A DNA stretch of 64,000 bases from assembly GCF_006345805.1 (NCBI RefSeq), contig NC_043006.1:27342001-27406000 (forward strand), written 5' to 3'. A model generated the notes under the pieces. The model searched no databases. It worked only from the letters and a program-made list of their open reading frames with translations, and was not told the DNA's origin. Below are positions 48,205 through 60,164 of this stretch, piece by piece (within the stretch, counting starts at the first letter, position 1; each line of letters begins with the position of its first letter). The translations under genes were made by a program, and so were the position numbers. The stretch comes from Octopus sinensis. Lineage: Eukaryota.

Positions 48205-48990
48205 ACATCCATGTCTGTTTTCCATGCTGATACAGGTTGGATAGTTTGACCGGAGCTGTACCAGGCTCCATTGTCCATTTTAATATGGTTTCTACAACTG
48301 GTTGCTCTTTCTAGAGTGTACTGGTACTTTTTACAGGCACCAACACCAGTGCTTCTTACATGGCACCATCACCATCAGGGTCACCAAGTACCTAGCAAAA
48401 CAAAAAAAGAGATAGATAAAAGCAAAACCCCCTTAACTGGGAGTGAGGAGCAGTATTGAGATGAGGGTAGTTTTGTGCCAGTTGAGAAATTAAAGGTATA
48501 GAAAAACAGATAGGTGTCTTGCTGTAGATACATGGGTACCCTGGTTGGAAAGGGAAGGAGGGTGAGTAAGTAAAGAAGAACAACACTGAGAGAAATGAAG
48601 GTGAAGATAAGTCAAGACATATTCTTTAGGGGCTTTGTGGGTAGTGAGAATAGGTGAAGTTATATAGAGGTGACTGTAGCAAATTATGGAGAGAAATATA
48701 GGAGAGGCGGCTCTGGGATGGGGATTACAGTAGATATGTGAGGGCATTGAGGATGATAGCAGATAAGCAAGGTGTTAATGATGGAGAACAGCCCAGGAGC
48801 GAGAAAAAACGTAATTGGTAGAGACAGTAGGCAGAGGAAGATAATGGGAAATGGAAGTGATTTGGGGTGGGGAAGACTGATAACTGAGAAAGCTGGGAGA
48901 TGTATGTGCTTGTGGTAGGCATAAGGGGATGAAATGTGTAGGGGAAATGGTGGTTGGGCAGAACCCCTCATGGTCGAGCATTACCAATGT
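48205..48990 (-). mobile_element. Second, inverted copy of the same element family
   Basis: Shares ggtacccatgtatctacagcaagacacc / ggtaaccacgtacctcctctacagcaaaacacc blocks and tail with 47040..47850. Confidence 0.55.
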
Positions 48991-49019
48991 GATTTTAGGA
49001 TATTAATTTTGCACTGGTG

Positions 49020-50170
49020 GGCAGGTCTTGAGTACAACACGGCGTCATACCTTGGTCTTTTGTCATCTCCTTCGTAAAGCTTAGTCTTCAGTACTTCATC
49101 TTATATCTTCCTCTCTCATAAGTGCCATCCACTAAGTGATCAGCATTTCTTTGTGCAATTGTCCTCATCCATATGCATCACATGGCCAAACTAACACAAT
49201 CTTCTCTCTTGTACACTGCATCTAATTCCTATAGCACCTAACTTTTCTCTCAATAAACTAGGTCTCTGTCACACATGTACACTGATATTTGCACATTCTG
49301 TAGAGCATACTAGCTTCATTCCTCTCTGGTCTTTGCATGTCCTCTGCATTCAAGACTCGTGTCTCACTACCATGTAGCATTGCTCTTTGTACACACACAT
49401 CATATAACCTTTCTTTCATTCGGAGAGAGGGACCTTGGTTGCCAACAGAGCTAAAAGCTTTCTGAACTTTCTCCATCCTATTCTTATTCTAGCAATTACA
49501 CTTTTGGTACATCCACCTCCACTGCTAATTAGGTCACCTTGGTAGCAGAAATTATCCACAACTTCTAGAGAGCCTCTGAAGCATACAAGAAAATCAGTTT
49601 CTCATGTATCTGCAAATTTTATGGCTCCTGTGCATCTTCCACATACAAACCATACTTTCTATATTGACTTTCCTCTTATTCCACTGCACCTTTTGCACAG
49701 GATACACAGAATGGAATTCCTGCCTACATCTTACTTACATATTGAACATTTACCCTAAGTGGATAGGGTCCTCTCTGTTTTCTTGCTTATGATGGCTTTG
49801 GTTTTTGTTAACTTAAAAGCTCTTTGATTCCAGGTTTTGCTTCCACACCTGGAATTTCTTTTCTAGTTTTGTTACAGATTCTGCTATGAGAGCAAGATCA
49901 TCAGCATATAATAGTTCCCATGGGCAGCTGATGTTAAGTTCCTTTGTTATGGCCTAGAGGATGATGATGAATAGGAGGGAACTGAGGACTGAGCTTTGGT
50001 GAACACCTACCTTTTCACTAAATTCATCACTGTACTCCTGACTAACCTTTAGCTTTCTAACAACACCCCTGTGCATGAACTGTACTGCTTTCACAAGCCA
50101 TTCATCTATCCCTAGCTTCTGCAGAGACCACCATATCACTGAGTGATGTTCTCTGTCAAAGTCTTTCTTC
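49020..50170 (-). mobile_element. Decayed RTE LINE RT-to-C-terminal fragment
   Basis: IWWSLQKLGIDEWLVKAV...VGVHQSSVLSSLLFIIIL and LYDVCVQRAMLHGSET. Confidence 0.8.
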
Positions 50171-50194
50171 ACATATATTTATATACCTTTTGTC

Positions 50195-50515
50195 GTTTTT
50201 ACTCGATTCACTCATTTGACTGCAACCATGCTGGGACAAGAATTTTAGTCAGTACTTTTTCCTTTTCTTTTTAAATCCTGGTACTTACTCCATCATTTAT
50301 AAATGCATCAACGCAAGTTGTCAAGCAGTGGTGGTGGACAAACACAGACACACATGCACATACATATACAGTAGGCTTCTTTCAGTTTCCATCGACAAAA
50401 TCCACTCACAAGGCTTTGGTCAGGCCAAAGTTTAGTTGAAGGCATTTGTGCAGAGTGCCATATAGTGGGATTGAACCTAGAACCATGCGAATGGGAAACA
50501 AACTTCTCAGCCATG
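50195..50515 (-). mobile_element. Older SINE family A copy
   Basis: ctttcagtttccatcgacaaaatccactcacaaggctttggtc...gggattgaacctagaaccat matches the reverse complement of 6101..6512. Confidence 0.7.
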
Positions 50516-52199
50516 CCATATACACACACACATATACTACTAATATAGGATAAAAATTTTTTCAGAAAAAAAATTTCATCAAAAGTGGCAGCATATTAAA
50601 ATACCTTTAAAGGTTAAAATTATAAACAAGGGCGGTGGTGCCCAGTTCTAGTATTTGTGTAAAATCTTGTAGTAACACCGAATGGCGGTGCCCCAGCATG
50701 GCCACAGCTTGTGAGCTGAAACTAGATAAAATAAAAATGAAGGGCAAAAGAAAAATTATTTCTATGCCAATATGCTGATAACAGACTTTAAATCGTCAAT
50801 TTCCACATTTCATTTTACGTTCACTATAAATACACATCGTGCTGAAATGGAGGAAAGCTAGCTAACAGAATTTTAAAAAAAAAGTTGTTATTTCTATATT
50901 GAATTAATTTTGGGATTAATCCTATGGATTCTTCCCTCTTCAGTAGAAAATACGTTAAGAAATAAATGAAATACTTACATGCACCCATGGAAAAAAGCAC
51001 AAGCAAGAGTCATGAGTACATATAAGTACCCCAGTTATATCTAAATGTAAAATCTTTTAGCCAGCCTCAGCACACGTGTGAACTATTCTGAACCACAGCT
51101 TATAGTGGTTACTAGTCCCTAAGTAAATCGTAATAAATCTACTACTAATATAGGATAAAAATTTTTTCTGAAAGAAATTTTATCCTATATTAAGTAGGAT
51201 TCAAAATACATATTGTCATTAATTATATAGAAATATAATTTAATTAACACATTAAAAATTAAAATATTTCATAACAGTATATACACATACTAAACCATCA
51301 ATCTACATACATACATCAAAATAAACAGACCACATACATATGCAGACATATAAATGCAAGACATAAATATACACACAAATACACATATACATATGTATAC
51401 GCAATCTTGCCCGCATGCAAAAATCACTTGGTGTATACATAGACTAGAAGTAAAACACAGAGAGGAAGAAAGAGAAAAAGAAAAGGTAACAATCTTATAA
51501 GCAACAGATACCTAAAGAAGTCAGTAAGAGAAGGGGAGGGGGTGTAAAGTTACAGGAATCTATACAAGTAACGAATGGGGGACAAAAAAAATATTTTTCC
51601 GTCATGAAAGAACAGAAAGTCTTAATATGCGTAACGAACTTTCACAAAATAAAATTATGTATACATGTGTATATAAAAGTGTATATTAGCAGTAAATACA
51701 CCTATAAGAACACATATATAAATATATAGAGATAAGTACATAAATACACATCCACACAAATTCAAGTGAATACATGCATAAGTATAAACATACACGCTTA
51801 CTTATGCATATACATAGAGGCATACATACGAATACATATGCATGCCAACAATATAAATATTCACATAAAAACATGTCTAGGTCTTGACGTATATACAAAC
51901 AAAATTATTTAAAAAATTGCTGAGTGCATAATAATAAAATTTTGATAAAAGACATGCAAAATACAACACTCTATATCAAATTATCTATAAATTAAACAAT
52001 TAAAATGGGTTTAGAAAATACAATAAAATAAAAAAAAAAAAGCAGAATCCTAAACAAGAAAATAATATTTGTACATAACAGTCAAATGTTTTCCTTAAGA
52101 AATATGCTAAAATATATACAAAAACTTTGTGATGCGGAATAAATCATGCATAATACAAAACAAATCCAACAGTGTGATCAAAAACTAGTCCAAGAATCA

Positions 52200-52830
52200 A
52201 AAATATATGCTATCCATATGGGATATTGCTAGTCAACATTTTAAATTTAGCTGTGTGTCTGCAGGATTTCAAGAGTTCGCTTCTTTGATTTAAAGAATTA
52301 TTATCTTGGTATAAAATAAAAATATTTCTCCAGTAGACATAGATCACATTTGATAGTTCTTTTATGCGCACCGTGCCTGTACAATGCAGCTCTATCCAAA
52401 ATACTCGTGTCATGTTGAAAGTTCGGGCATCTTTTTCTTTTAATTCCCTGACATATTTTGCCAGGCTGGTCTTCATCCTATTTTCAGGGTATCTAAAGGA
52501 ATTTTATGATAATAGAATTGGGTTTTAAAAGAATTTTCAGAAGTTCTATATTCGCGTGAGCCTTCTATCTGCACCTTGGCTCATTATATGATTCCTTTCT
52601 CCAGACATTTCCCTTCCAACGGACAGGAGGACCCATCTTTGCAATTACAATTTTTAAGAGAACTGGCACTATACTTATTAGCAATTAACCTACTGTTGTG
52701 TTGGTTAACAAAAGAAGCGAAGTTTCTGCAGCAAGAATAGCTGATCTTAAGCATTCTTCTATTAAATATTCTATAAAACTTATGGTCAGGTTGAAAATGC
52801 CTAGAGACTAATTTCAAGAATGAGGTCCAC
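52200..52830 (-). mobile_element. Penelope-like element, GIY-YIG endonuclease region relic
   Basis: IFNRRMLKISYSCCRNF...CNCKDGSSCPLEGKCLEKGII and ...NSLNQRSELLKSCRH, typical of the PLE linker and C-terminus. Disrupted. Confidence 0.8.
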
Positions 52831-53629
52831 TGAATCTAGAATCAAAAATTTATGTACTCTCACCAGAAACATTTAACTGGAAAAATGCAGAATTATTGGA
52901 GTTATGGTCATTGAAAGTGTACGTGCATCAAGAAAGTGCAATAGTAAGCTTTAGCAGTTGAAAACTGTGAGTAGTAAAATGCAGAATTAAGTCTGCTGAT
53001 TGTGAGAATCAAATATTGATCGCCTTGATAAAAACTAACAACTGTAACTGCAGGTGCTATGGGTTATTTCCCTTGGGTGCTTAAAAAAAATTAGTTGTAT
53101 GAGGTAGATATAAAGATCCCTGCCAGGGGCCGTATTGATTTTTTTCAACAATCTAAGCATGTCACAAGGTTTCCAGACAAGTTCTACTCACATGTCAGGT
53201 TTCATCAAAATCAATAAAATGATGTAGCAGGAGTTGGCTAACACCGATTTTCCATATATGTAGTAGATATGTGTGTGTATGTATATATATATATAGATGT
53301 ATGTATATATATATAATATATGTGTGTATATATAATGTAATTTAAGATTAAGTATGGTATATAGTACCACTTGCTAAAATCAGAGCCATTGCTCCGAAAG
53401 CCACCATAAAAATTACAACAAAGATACACACGAGCAATGAAAATGTGAGAAATAGGCTTATCTTTGCTTTGAATGTATTGATAAGTATTCATATTTCAAT
53501 ACCAATTGATTTCACACTGCTTGACAAACATGCTCTGCGATCTTCAGTTCAAAAAACATTTAGCATCTATTTCTGAAATATTCAGTATGTTAGTTCATGT
53601 GTGATCCTTACATATATCTATGTATGTAA

Positions 53630-53667
53630 CAGTCCGATGAACGGCAACATGAAACTCAGAGTAACAG
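53630..53667 (+). ncRNA. Minimal type I hammerhead ribozyme relic (two mutations)
   Basis: cagt-CCGATGA-ACG GCAA CAT-GAAAC TCAGA GTA-ACAG. Restoring U4 and one CpG gives the canonical core, an ACG/CGT stem with a GCAA loop, and a GUA cleavage site. Confidence 0.5.
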
Positions 53668-53783
53668 GTTTTGTTGAATTTTCTGCTGCTTTAAATAAAG
53701 CATATTACTCTACCACTGGTATTTGAGTACTCTTTTTTCCACCTTGTTTCACATTTATGTGTTTACTTCGGTATATATATATA

Positions 53784-53827
<44 letters not shown>

Positions 53828-54039
53828 GTATATATATTTAGAAAAGGTAAGTTTAGAAAGAACAAGTGAAACTTTTTGGGAGATCCAAAAAGAGAAAAGG
53901 TGATTTCTAATAAGGATTCATCATATTCATGAAAATCAGCCAAAACAGGTAATAAGAATATGAAAATAATATTTGAAGAGATTTGTTATAGGTATAAGAA
54001 TATACCATAAACAAATATTTTAAAAAATGGAGAAAAGAT

Positions 54040-54993
54040 GTTGGAAACAAAATAGATTTATTATAAAACTGGATTCAATGCATACGTATGTTTCGAGAAA
54101 CAACGCAAAAATGTGAGAAAAAATTTAAATCATAGTGATTATAATTATAATTGAAAATAAAATTTAATTTATGCATTGTCATTCTCATCAGTGAGGAATC
54201 TTATGAAGGACATCAAAAAAGTTTAATAAGATGAAGTAAAATGAGATAAAAATATAATAAAATAAAAAAAATAAGATGCAATTAGAGAACACAGATGGGG
54301 CAATAAGGGAAATCTGGTAATTTACAAACCAAGTTGTGAACGAGAGAAATAATGATATCGACAATAATAATGGTGAGAGAGACAAAGAATAAAAATAAAT
54401 ATATATCAGTGTGTATGCAAGTGTATAGGTGCAGTGAAACTATGACATAAGAATCTAATGGGTGTGTTTAAAAAAATAATAATAAACGTTCTAGACGAAA
54501 TACAGTGTAAACAGGGCCACGTGTTTATTAGAGTACAATGTAACAATTTCACTAGCATAAGAAAGCCATAGAGGGTTATACATATACATCATAATATTAT
54601 TGAAAAACAAGTAAATATATATTATTTACCAGAAGCTTAAAGCTGATGAACAAGACTGTTTGAGAATGAAAGCAGAGACAAAACCAAAGAGTTTTTTTCA
54701 AAGAGAGACAGCGATCAAAGACAGGGTAGGCCAGTGTGTTCAACAGAATTTCTCCACTAAAAAAATTTGCCAGGGTAGGCAATTGAAAAAAAAATCGAAA
54801 AAAGATGTCCTTCAAAAGATTCCTCACTGATGAGAATGACGATGCATACATTAAATTTTATTTTTATTCTTAATTTTAATTTTTTATTTTAAATTATAAT
54901 TATAATCACTATGATTAAAATTTTTTCTCACATTTTTGCATTGTTTTTCAAAATGCACGTATGAATTTATAATAAATTTATTTTGTTTCCAAT
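54040..54993. repeat. Inverted repeat pair (54040..54212 / 54803..54993), probably Penelope pseudo-LTRs
   Basis: Arms are clear reverse complements (gatgtccttca.aagattcctcactgatgagaatgac...ttctcacatttttgc...tttataataaa). Each carries a hammerhead motif; the right copy has G12 mutated. Confidence 0.75.
54072..54200 (-). ncRNA. Type I hammerhead ribozyme with intact catalytic core
   Basis: Minus strand gattcctca-CTGATGA-GAATGACAATGCA...TGCGTTGTTTCTC-GAAAC ATAC GTA|TG CATT GAATC. All core residues present. Stem II has a 9-bp helix, stem III 2 bp, stem I CA/UG plus GATTC/GAATC. Predicted cleavage between 54083 and 54082. Confidence 0.6.
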
Positions 54994-55415
54994 ATATCTA
55001 TAATGAATCTCCTCATGTATATATATTTATATACATACATGCATATATATATATATATATAAATATATACATGTATATGTATACATGTATATACATATAT
55101 ATATATGTATGTATATATATGAAAGAAGGTTTGAAAATGCAATTTTGAAAGATTCACTTGACCAGTTTCACTTTTTTAGAAAAAGATTGTCAAAAGTAAA
55201 ATGTAAAAGCTTTGTTGTATTAAGTACTGGTTGTCACAAAATATTACAATACATATATACATTCTTTGATAATAATAAGAAAATGTTAAAAACAGTTTAT
55301 AAGGAAAAATCTTGAGAAAATATTAAAAAGTTCATTAAAAATATTAGGATTTCATTAAAAATCATGTTTGTTTGGAAGTGTCTATATATATACAAAGAAA
55401 ATTATAAGTTCAAAA

Positions 55416-55856
55416 AGTCTTTCATGGTTCAGTGGTTTTGGGGCTGGTCTGAGAGGTCAGAATGGTGTGTGTGGGGACCGTTTTTGATTGGTCCCAGGGT
55501 TTATTGTGGTGTATGTAAATGTGTCTCTGTGTGTTTAATATTTGGTAGGATGGTGTGTGTATATGTGTGCACGTTCGTGTATGTGTGATTAATATTTGTT
55601 AGGGTGTTGTGTGTATGTTTGTGTGTTTTTTGTGTTATGTGAGTGTGTGTGCTGTCTGTCTGATGCACACGTGAACAAACGCATATACACACACTTGTGT
55701 GCACACCATCCTACCAAATATTAAACACACAGACACATTTACATACACCACAATAAACCCTGGGACCAATCAAAAACGGTCCCCACACAAACACGTATAT
55801 ACACACTATTCTGACCTCTAAGACCAGTTCCCAAAACCACTGAACCATGAAAGACT
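55416..55856. repeat. Inverted repeat / MITE-like hairpin with ~145-bp arms
   Basis: agtctttcatggttcagtggttttggg...ggtaggatggtgtg (55416..55558) versus cacaccatcctacc...caaaaccactgaaccatgaaagact (55702..55856). Confidence 0.8.
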
Positions 55857-56339
55857 AACCTTGAAAGAGAAACAAAAAAATCCTTTCAATTCCACATTGC
55901 TCCCCCCCCCACACACACAAACCAACCTCCCACACTGTCCCTTAAAATAGTAAACAGCCTTTTAGCCTCACAGAAAATGATAAAATGGTGAAACAGATCG
56001 GTTCATCTAAAATTCTTTGTAAACTCCAAAATATATCTCCTGTGTATATATACATACCACCAACAATGACCCAAGTTGGGGTTGCAGTTAAGACATGTTT
56101 CTGAAAAAGACTGAGTGTCTAAGGAACGTTAAACGTACCTCATGAAACAAGTGTAAAAGAGAAATTTGGAACTGAAATAGTAAGTATTAAAATGAAATTC
56201 TATGATATGGTATGATGTATATTAGGATTTGATGAATTGCATGGGGACTTCTATCTCTAAATAACACATCTTTCCTTATTGAGAATAATTCAATTTATTT
56301 GAATCCCTGTGACGCCGGAATTTTTAGTCCCTAATAAAT

Positions 56340-56365
56340 AAAATAATCTATATACATGTATATAT

Positions 56366-56403
<38 letters not shown>

Positions 56404-56640
56404 ATATATATGTATATATACATATATATATATGTATATATATATATATGCATATATATGTATATATATATATATATACACGTGTATATACATATATATC
56501 TACATGTATATATACATGTCTGTATATACATATATATATGTACATGTATATATATATATATATATTTTTTTTTGTAAGTGTCTGTACATATGTATATATA
56601 CATGTATATATGTGCATATATATGTATATATAATAATAAT
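56340..56640. repeat. (TA)n/(TATG)n microsatellite tract; representative of many (also 6270, 27480, 53770, 58350, 58660, 59270, 59870, 60050, 60780)
   Basis: Visible dinucleotide runs. These generate the spurious YI-repeat ORFs in the track. Confidence 0.95.
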
Positions 56641-58189
56641 TTGAGGGAATATTATTCCAAACTTACAGGGAAAAATTCAATTTAGAAATACTAAATCAAA
56701 TTTCACAAAATATATAATATATATATATAAATATAAATTAGAAAAAACCCACCTTTTATCAATTCAAAATGAAAAATTAAATTACACCATCTAGAAAATT
56801 ACATATAATAGAAATATTAAATTTTAGATAAAAAAAGAAACCGATGATTAAGTGCAAAATAATAAATAAAACTAATATATTTGGTAGAATAATGACATGT
56901 TTCGTGGTTATATTTAAGAAATGATTATAGTAAAAATATTAGTAGTAGTATTAAAATCACTTCAATATAAATATAGCCACTCATCAGGTTAAAAATAACT
57001 ACAATAATAAAAGAATTAATTAATAAATATACATAAAAATCTTTTAAAATATATATATATAAGATACAAAATATACATTAAGTGAAAACTAAATACAACA
57101 CTTTAAACTATATACATAAATCAGATTATTAATTAATATATTTATTTAATAAACATCCAAATACAGTCTAATACCCATTAAGCAATTAATACTACAAACC
57201 TTAAAATAAATTAATATACACAATGCTAGTACAAGCCATAAATACTGGAATCAAAAATAAATGGTTCAAATATAGACATACCCATTTATTTAAACTAATT
57301 ATATAATTAATATATATGTAGTATCTATAGATTTAATATATCACCCAATAATATAGTTGACCAAAATATCAATTAATATAAAAACTAATTTACTTAAATG
57401 TAATACTACTTAATAAATATACCACCTAATTATTAAATAATGTATTGTCTAACAAAATTAATTCTCAAATTAAATTATATGTAATACGTTAAATCCCTTT
57501 ATAAAAATAATAATAAAGCATTCTAAATAAATAGATATCGTAATTAATAACTATCATAACTTATAACTATCAATATATATAAAAATGATAATATTTCAAC
57601 AACAATTATAACAATAATAATCAAACCCAACATAATTCAAAAACCAAATAATATTTATAAGCAAAAACCGTTACTTAGATTGTCAGAGGAAAAAATATAG
57701 CTGAATTTTAAACGTAAAAAAATATATAGGTCTTAGTGTTTATAAAAATTAAATGTGTGAAGTCTTAGTGAAAACAAATAGAATAAATTATCAATGAAAA
57801 TGGCGAAAACTATTTACTAATGAAAAATACGAAAAACATCTAAGCCCCATAAATTAAAGAAAGATACGAGAAATATTAGAACAAATGAACAATACACCAT
57901 GAAGACATTCAACTATAACCGACAGTCCACTACAAATCGGTCAATAACAATAATAATAATAACATCAATCAAACTCAATATAATACAAAATCCAAATAAT
58001 ATTAATAAACAAACAACGTTGCTAAGCTTATCGATTAAATTAAAATAACTGGATTTTAAATGTATAAAAATAATTAACACACCCAATGCTAAAACAAGTC
58101 ATAAATAATGGAATTTAAAATAGGAAATGGTTCAAATATACACAAGCCCATAATATAAACTAAATATATTATTAATATATATGTAGTAG

Positions 58190-58352
58190 GTGTAGGAGTG
58201 ACTGTGTGATAGTAGCTTGCTTACGAACCACATGGTTCCGGGTTCAGTCCCATTGCGTGGCGCCTTGGGTAAGTGTCTTCTACTATAGCCTCGGGCCGAC
58301 CAAAGCCTTGTGAGTGGATTTGGTAGACGGAAACTGAAAGAAGCCCATCGTA

Positions 58353-58411
<59 letters not shown>

Positions 58412-58668
58412 GTTTAAATATTTGTTGTGCAAGATTTTTTATAACATAGAGATTAAGATATTGTCCACACATAGAACAGATGCAACAATTAGACAAATTA
58501 CAGAAGCTACACATATAATAGAAAATAAACCTAGCCTGAATAGAAAACTAGAATGGAGCAATAGCACACACCACAACATATGACGATAGAGGATCTTGAA
58601 AAATAATAAATACACAGATAAATAAACAAATAGAAATGTATAACTATATATATGTATATATATCTATG

Positions 58669-58727
<59 letters not shown>

Positions 58728-59272
58728 GTGTATATGTGTGTGTATGTGTGTATATATATATATATTTTTTTTTTTTTTCGATTAGATTTATTATTATTAT
58801 TACTAATATTGTTGTTATACATACATACAAGCATATGTACTGATAATAATGGGTGGATGTAAACACATGAACAAAATTAGAACAAAAGCAACAACAACAA
58901 AAAAACAAAATACAAAATACAAAATACAAAATACAAATTACAAGAATGTATATTAACAGAAGATACAAATATTACAGGCATCCCCCACACACACACTAAA
59001 TAAACATAGACGCACATAGAGATATAAGCATGCGCAAATGAAGACATACAATAGAAATACAAAATGGCTGACGGTTAGTAAGGAGAGACACAAATAAGTG
59101 AGAAGAAAACAAAGGACCACTGATGCGGTCACAGGAGTGTGACGAAAGAACTTTGGCCGAAATAAGATTAAGATTAATGTAAAAAATAAATATCACTGAA
59201 GCAAAATAACACCAAATATATAGTGCGTGTGTTTTTATTGGCTAAACTGGCAATATGACCATTCCGAAATAT

Positions 59273-59330
<58 letters not shown>

Positions 59331-59514
59331 GTGTCCCCAACATCGCTTGACAACCGATGCTGGTGTGTTTACGTCCCTGTAACTTAGTGGTTCGGCAAAA
59401 AAGAGACCGATAAAATAAGTACTAGGCTTACAAAGAATAAGTCCTGGGGTCGATTTGATCAACTAAAGGCGGTGCTCCAGCATGGCCACAGTCACATGAC
59501 TGAAGCAAGTAAAA
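58190..59514 (+). mobile_element. SINE family A copy split in its central (TA)n by a Penelope-like insert
   Basis: 5' half 58190..58350 and 3' half 59320..59514 match 6101..6512. Flanked by a short (T)AGTAG duplication. Confidence 0.8.
58411..59270 (+). mobile_element. Penelope-like 3' end (endonuclease C-terminus plus terminal region with a hammerhead-like motif)
   Basis: [33 protein letters not shown] is typical of the PLE GIY-YIG C-terminus. Hammerhead-like motif at 59114..59158 on the same strand. Confidence 0.6.
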
Positions 59515-59869
59515 TAGTAGTATCTATAGATTTAATATTTCACACAATAATAAAGTTGACCAAAATATTAATTAATATAAAAACTAGTTCACATAAATGT
59601 AATACTACATGATAAAAATACCACCTAATTATTAAATAATATATAGTCTAACAAAAGTAATTCTCAAATCAAATTATATGTAATGCGTTAAATCCCTTTA
59701 TAAAAATAATACTAAATCATATTAAATAAATAGATATCATAACTAATAACAATCAAGAAACTATAAATAAAAATAATATTTCAACAACAATAATAATAAC
59801 AATAATAATAATATCAAACCCAAAACGATTCAAAATCCAAATAATATATCAAAAACGTTACTTAGCTTG

Positions 59870-59917
<48 letters not shown>

Positions 59918-60076
59918 ATACAATAAATTCAGGGTGAATACTTGATAAGTGTAAGCACCTAGTAGCAGCTAGTGTAAGCAGCTAGTAGCAGAGGTGAGAG
60001 GGTATATGCATCAAATGAAATAAAAAAAATGCTTTGTGTTCTGTTTTTATATATATGCATATATGTATATATATGT

Positions 60077-60129
<53 letters not shown>

Positions 60130-60164
60130 ATATATATACATATATACATGTATATATATATATA

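Larger units (their letters stand above)
57200..59875 (+). repeat. Diverged tandem duplication of an AT-rich unit; second copy split by a SINE
   Basis: 57260..57685 aligns with 58125..58188 plus 59515..59875 (e.g. agtatctatagatttaatat...gttgaccaaaatat...ccacctaattattaaataat...gttacttag). Confidence 0.7.

Noticed and set aside
56290-56644. YI/IY-repeat ORFs (also 27318..27727, 58531..58968, 60679..60962)
   Set aside because: Translations of (TA)n microsatellites.
56650-59875. Possible mitochondrial insertion (very AT-rich, A-skewed)
   Set aside because: No recognisable mitochondrial protein, rRNA or tRNA motifs. Better explained as duplicated AT-rich repeat.
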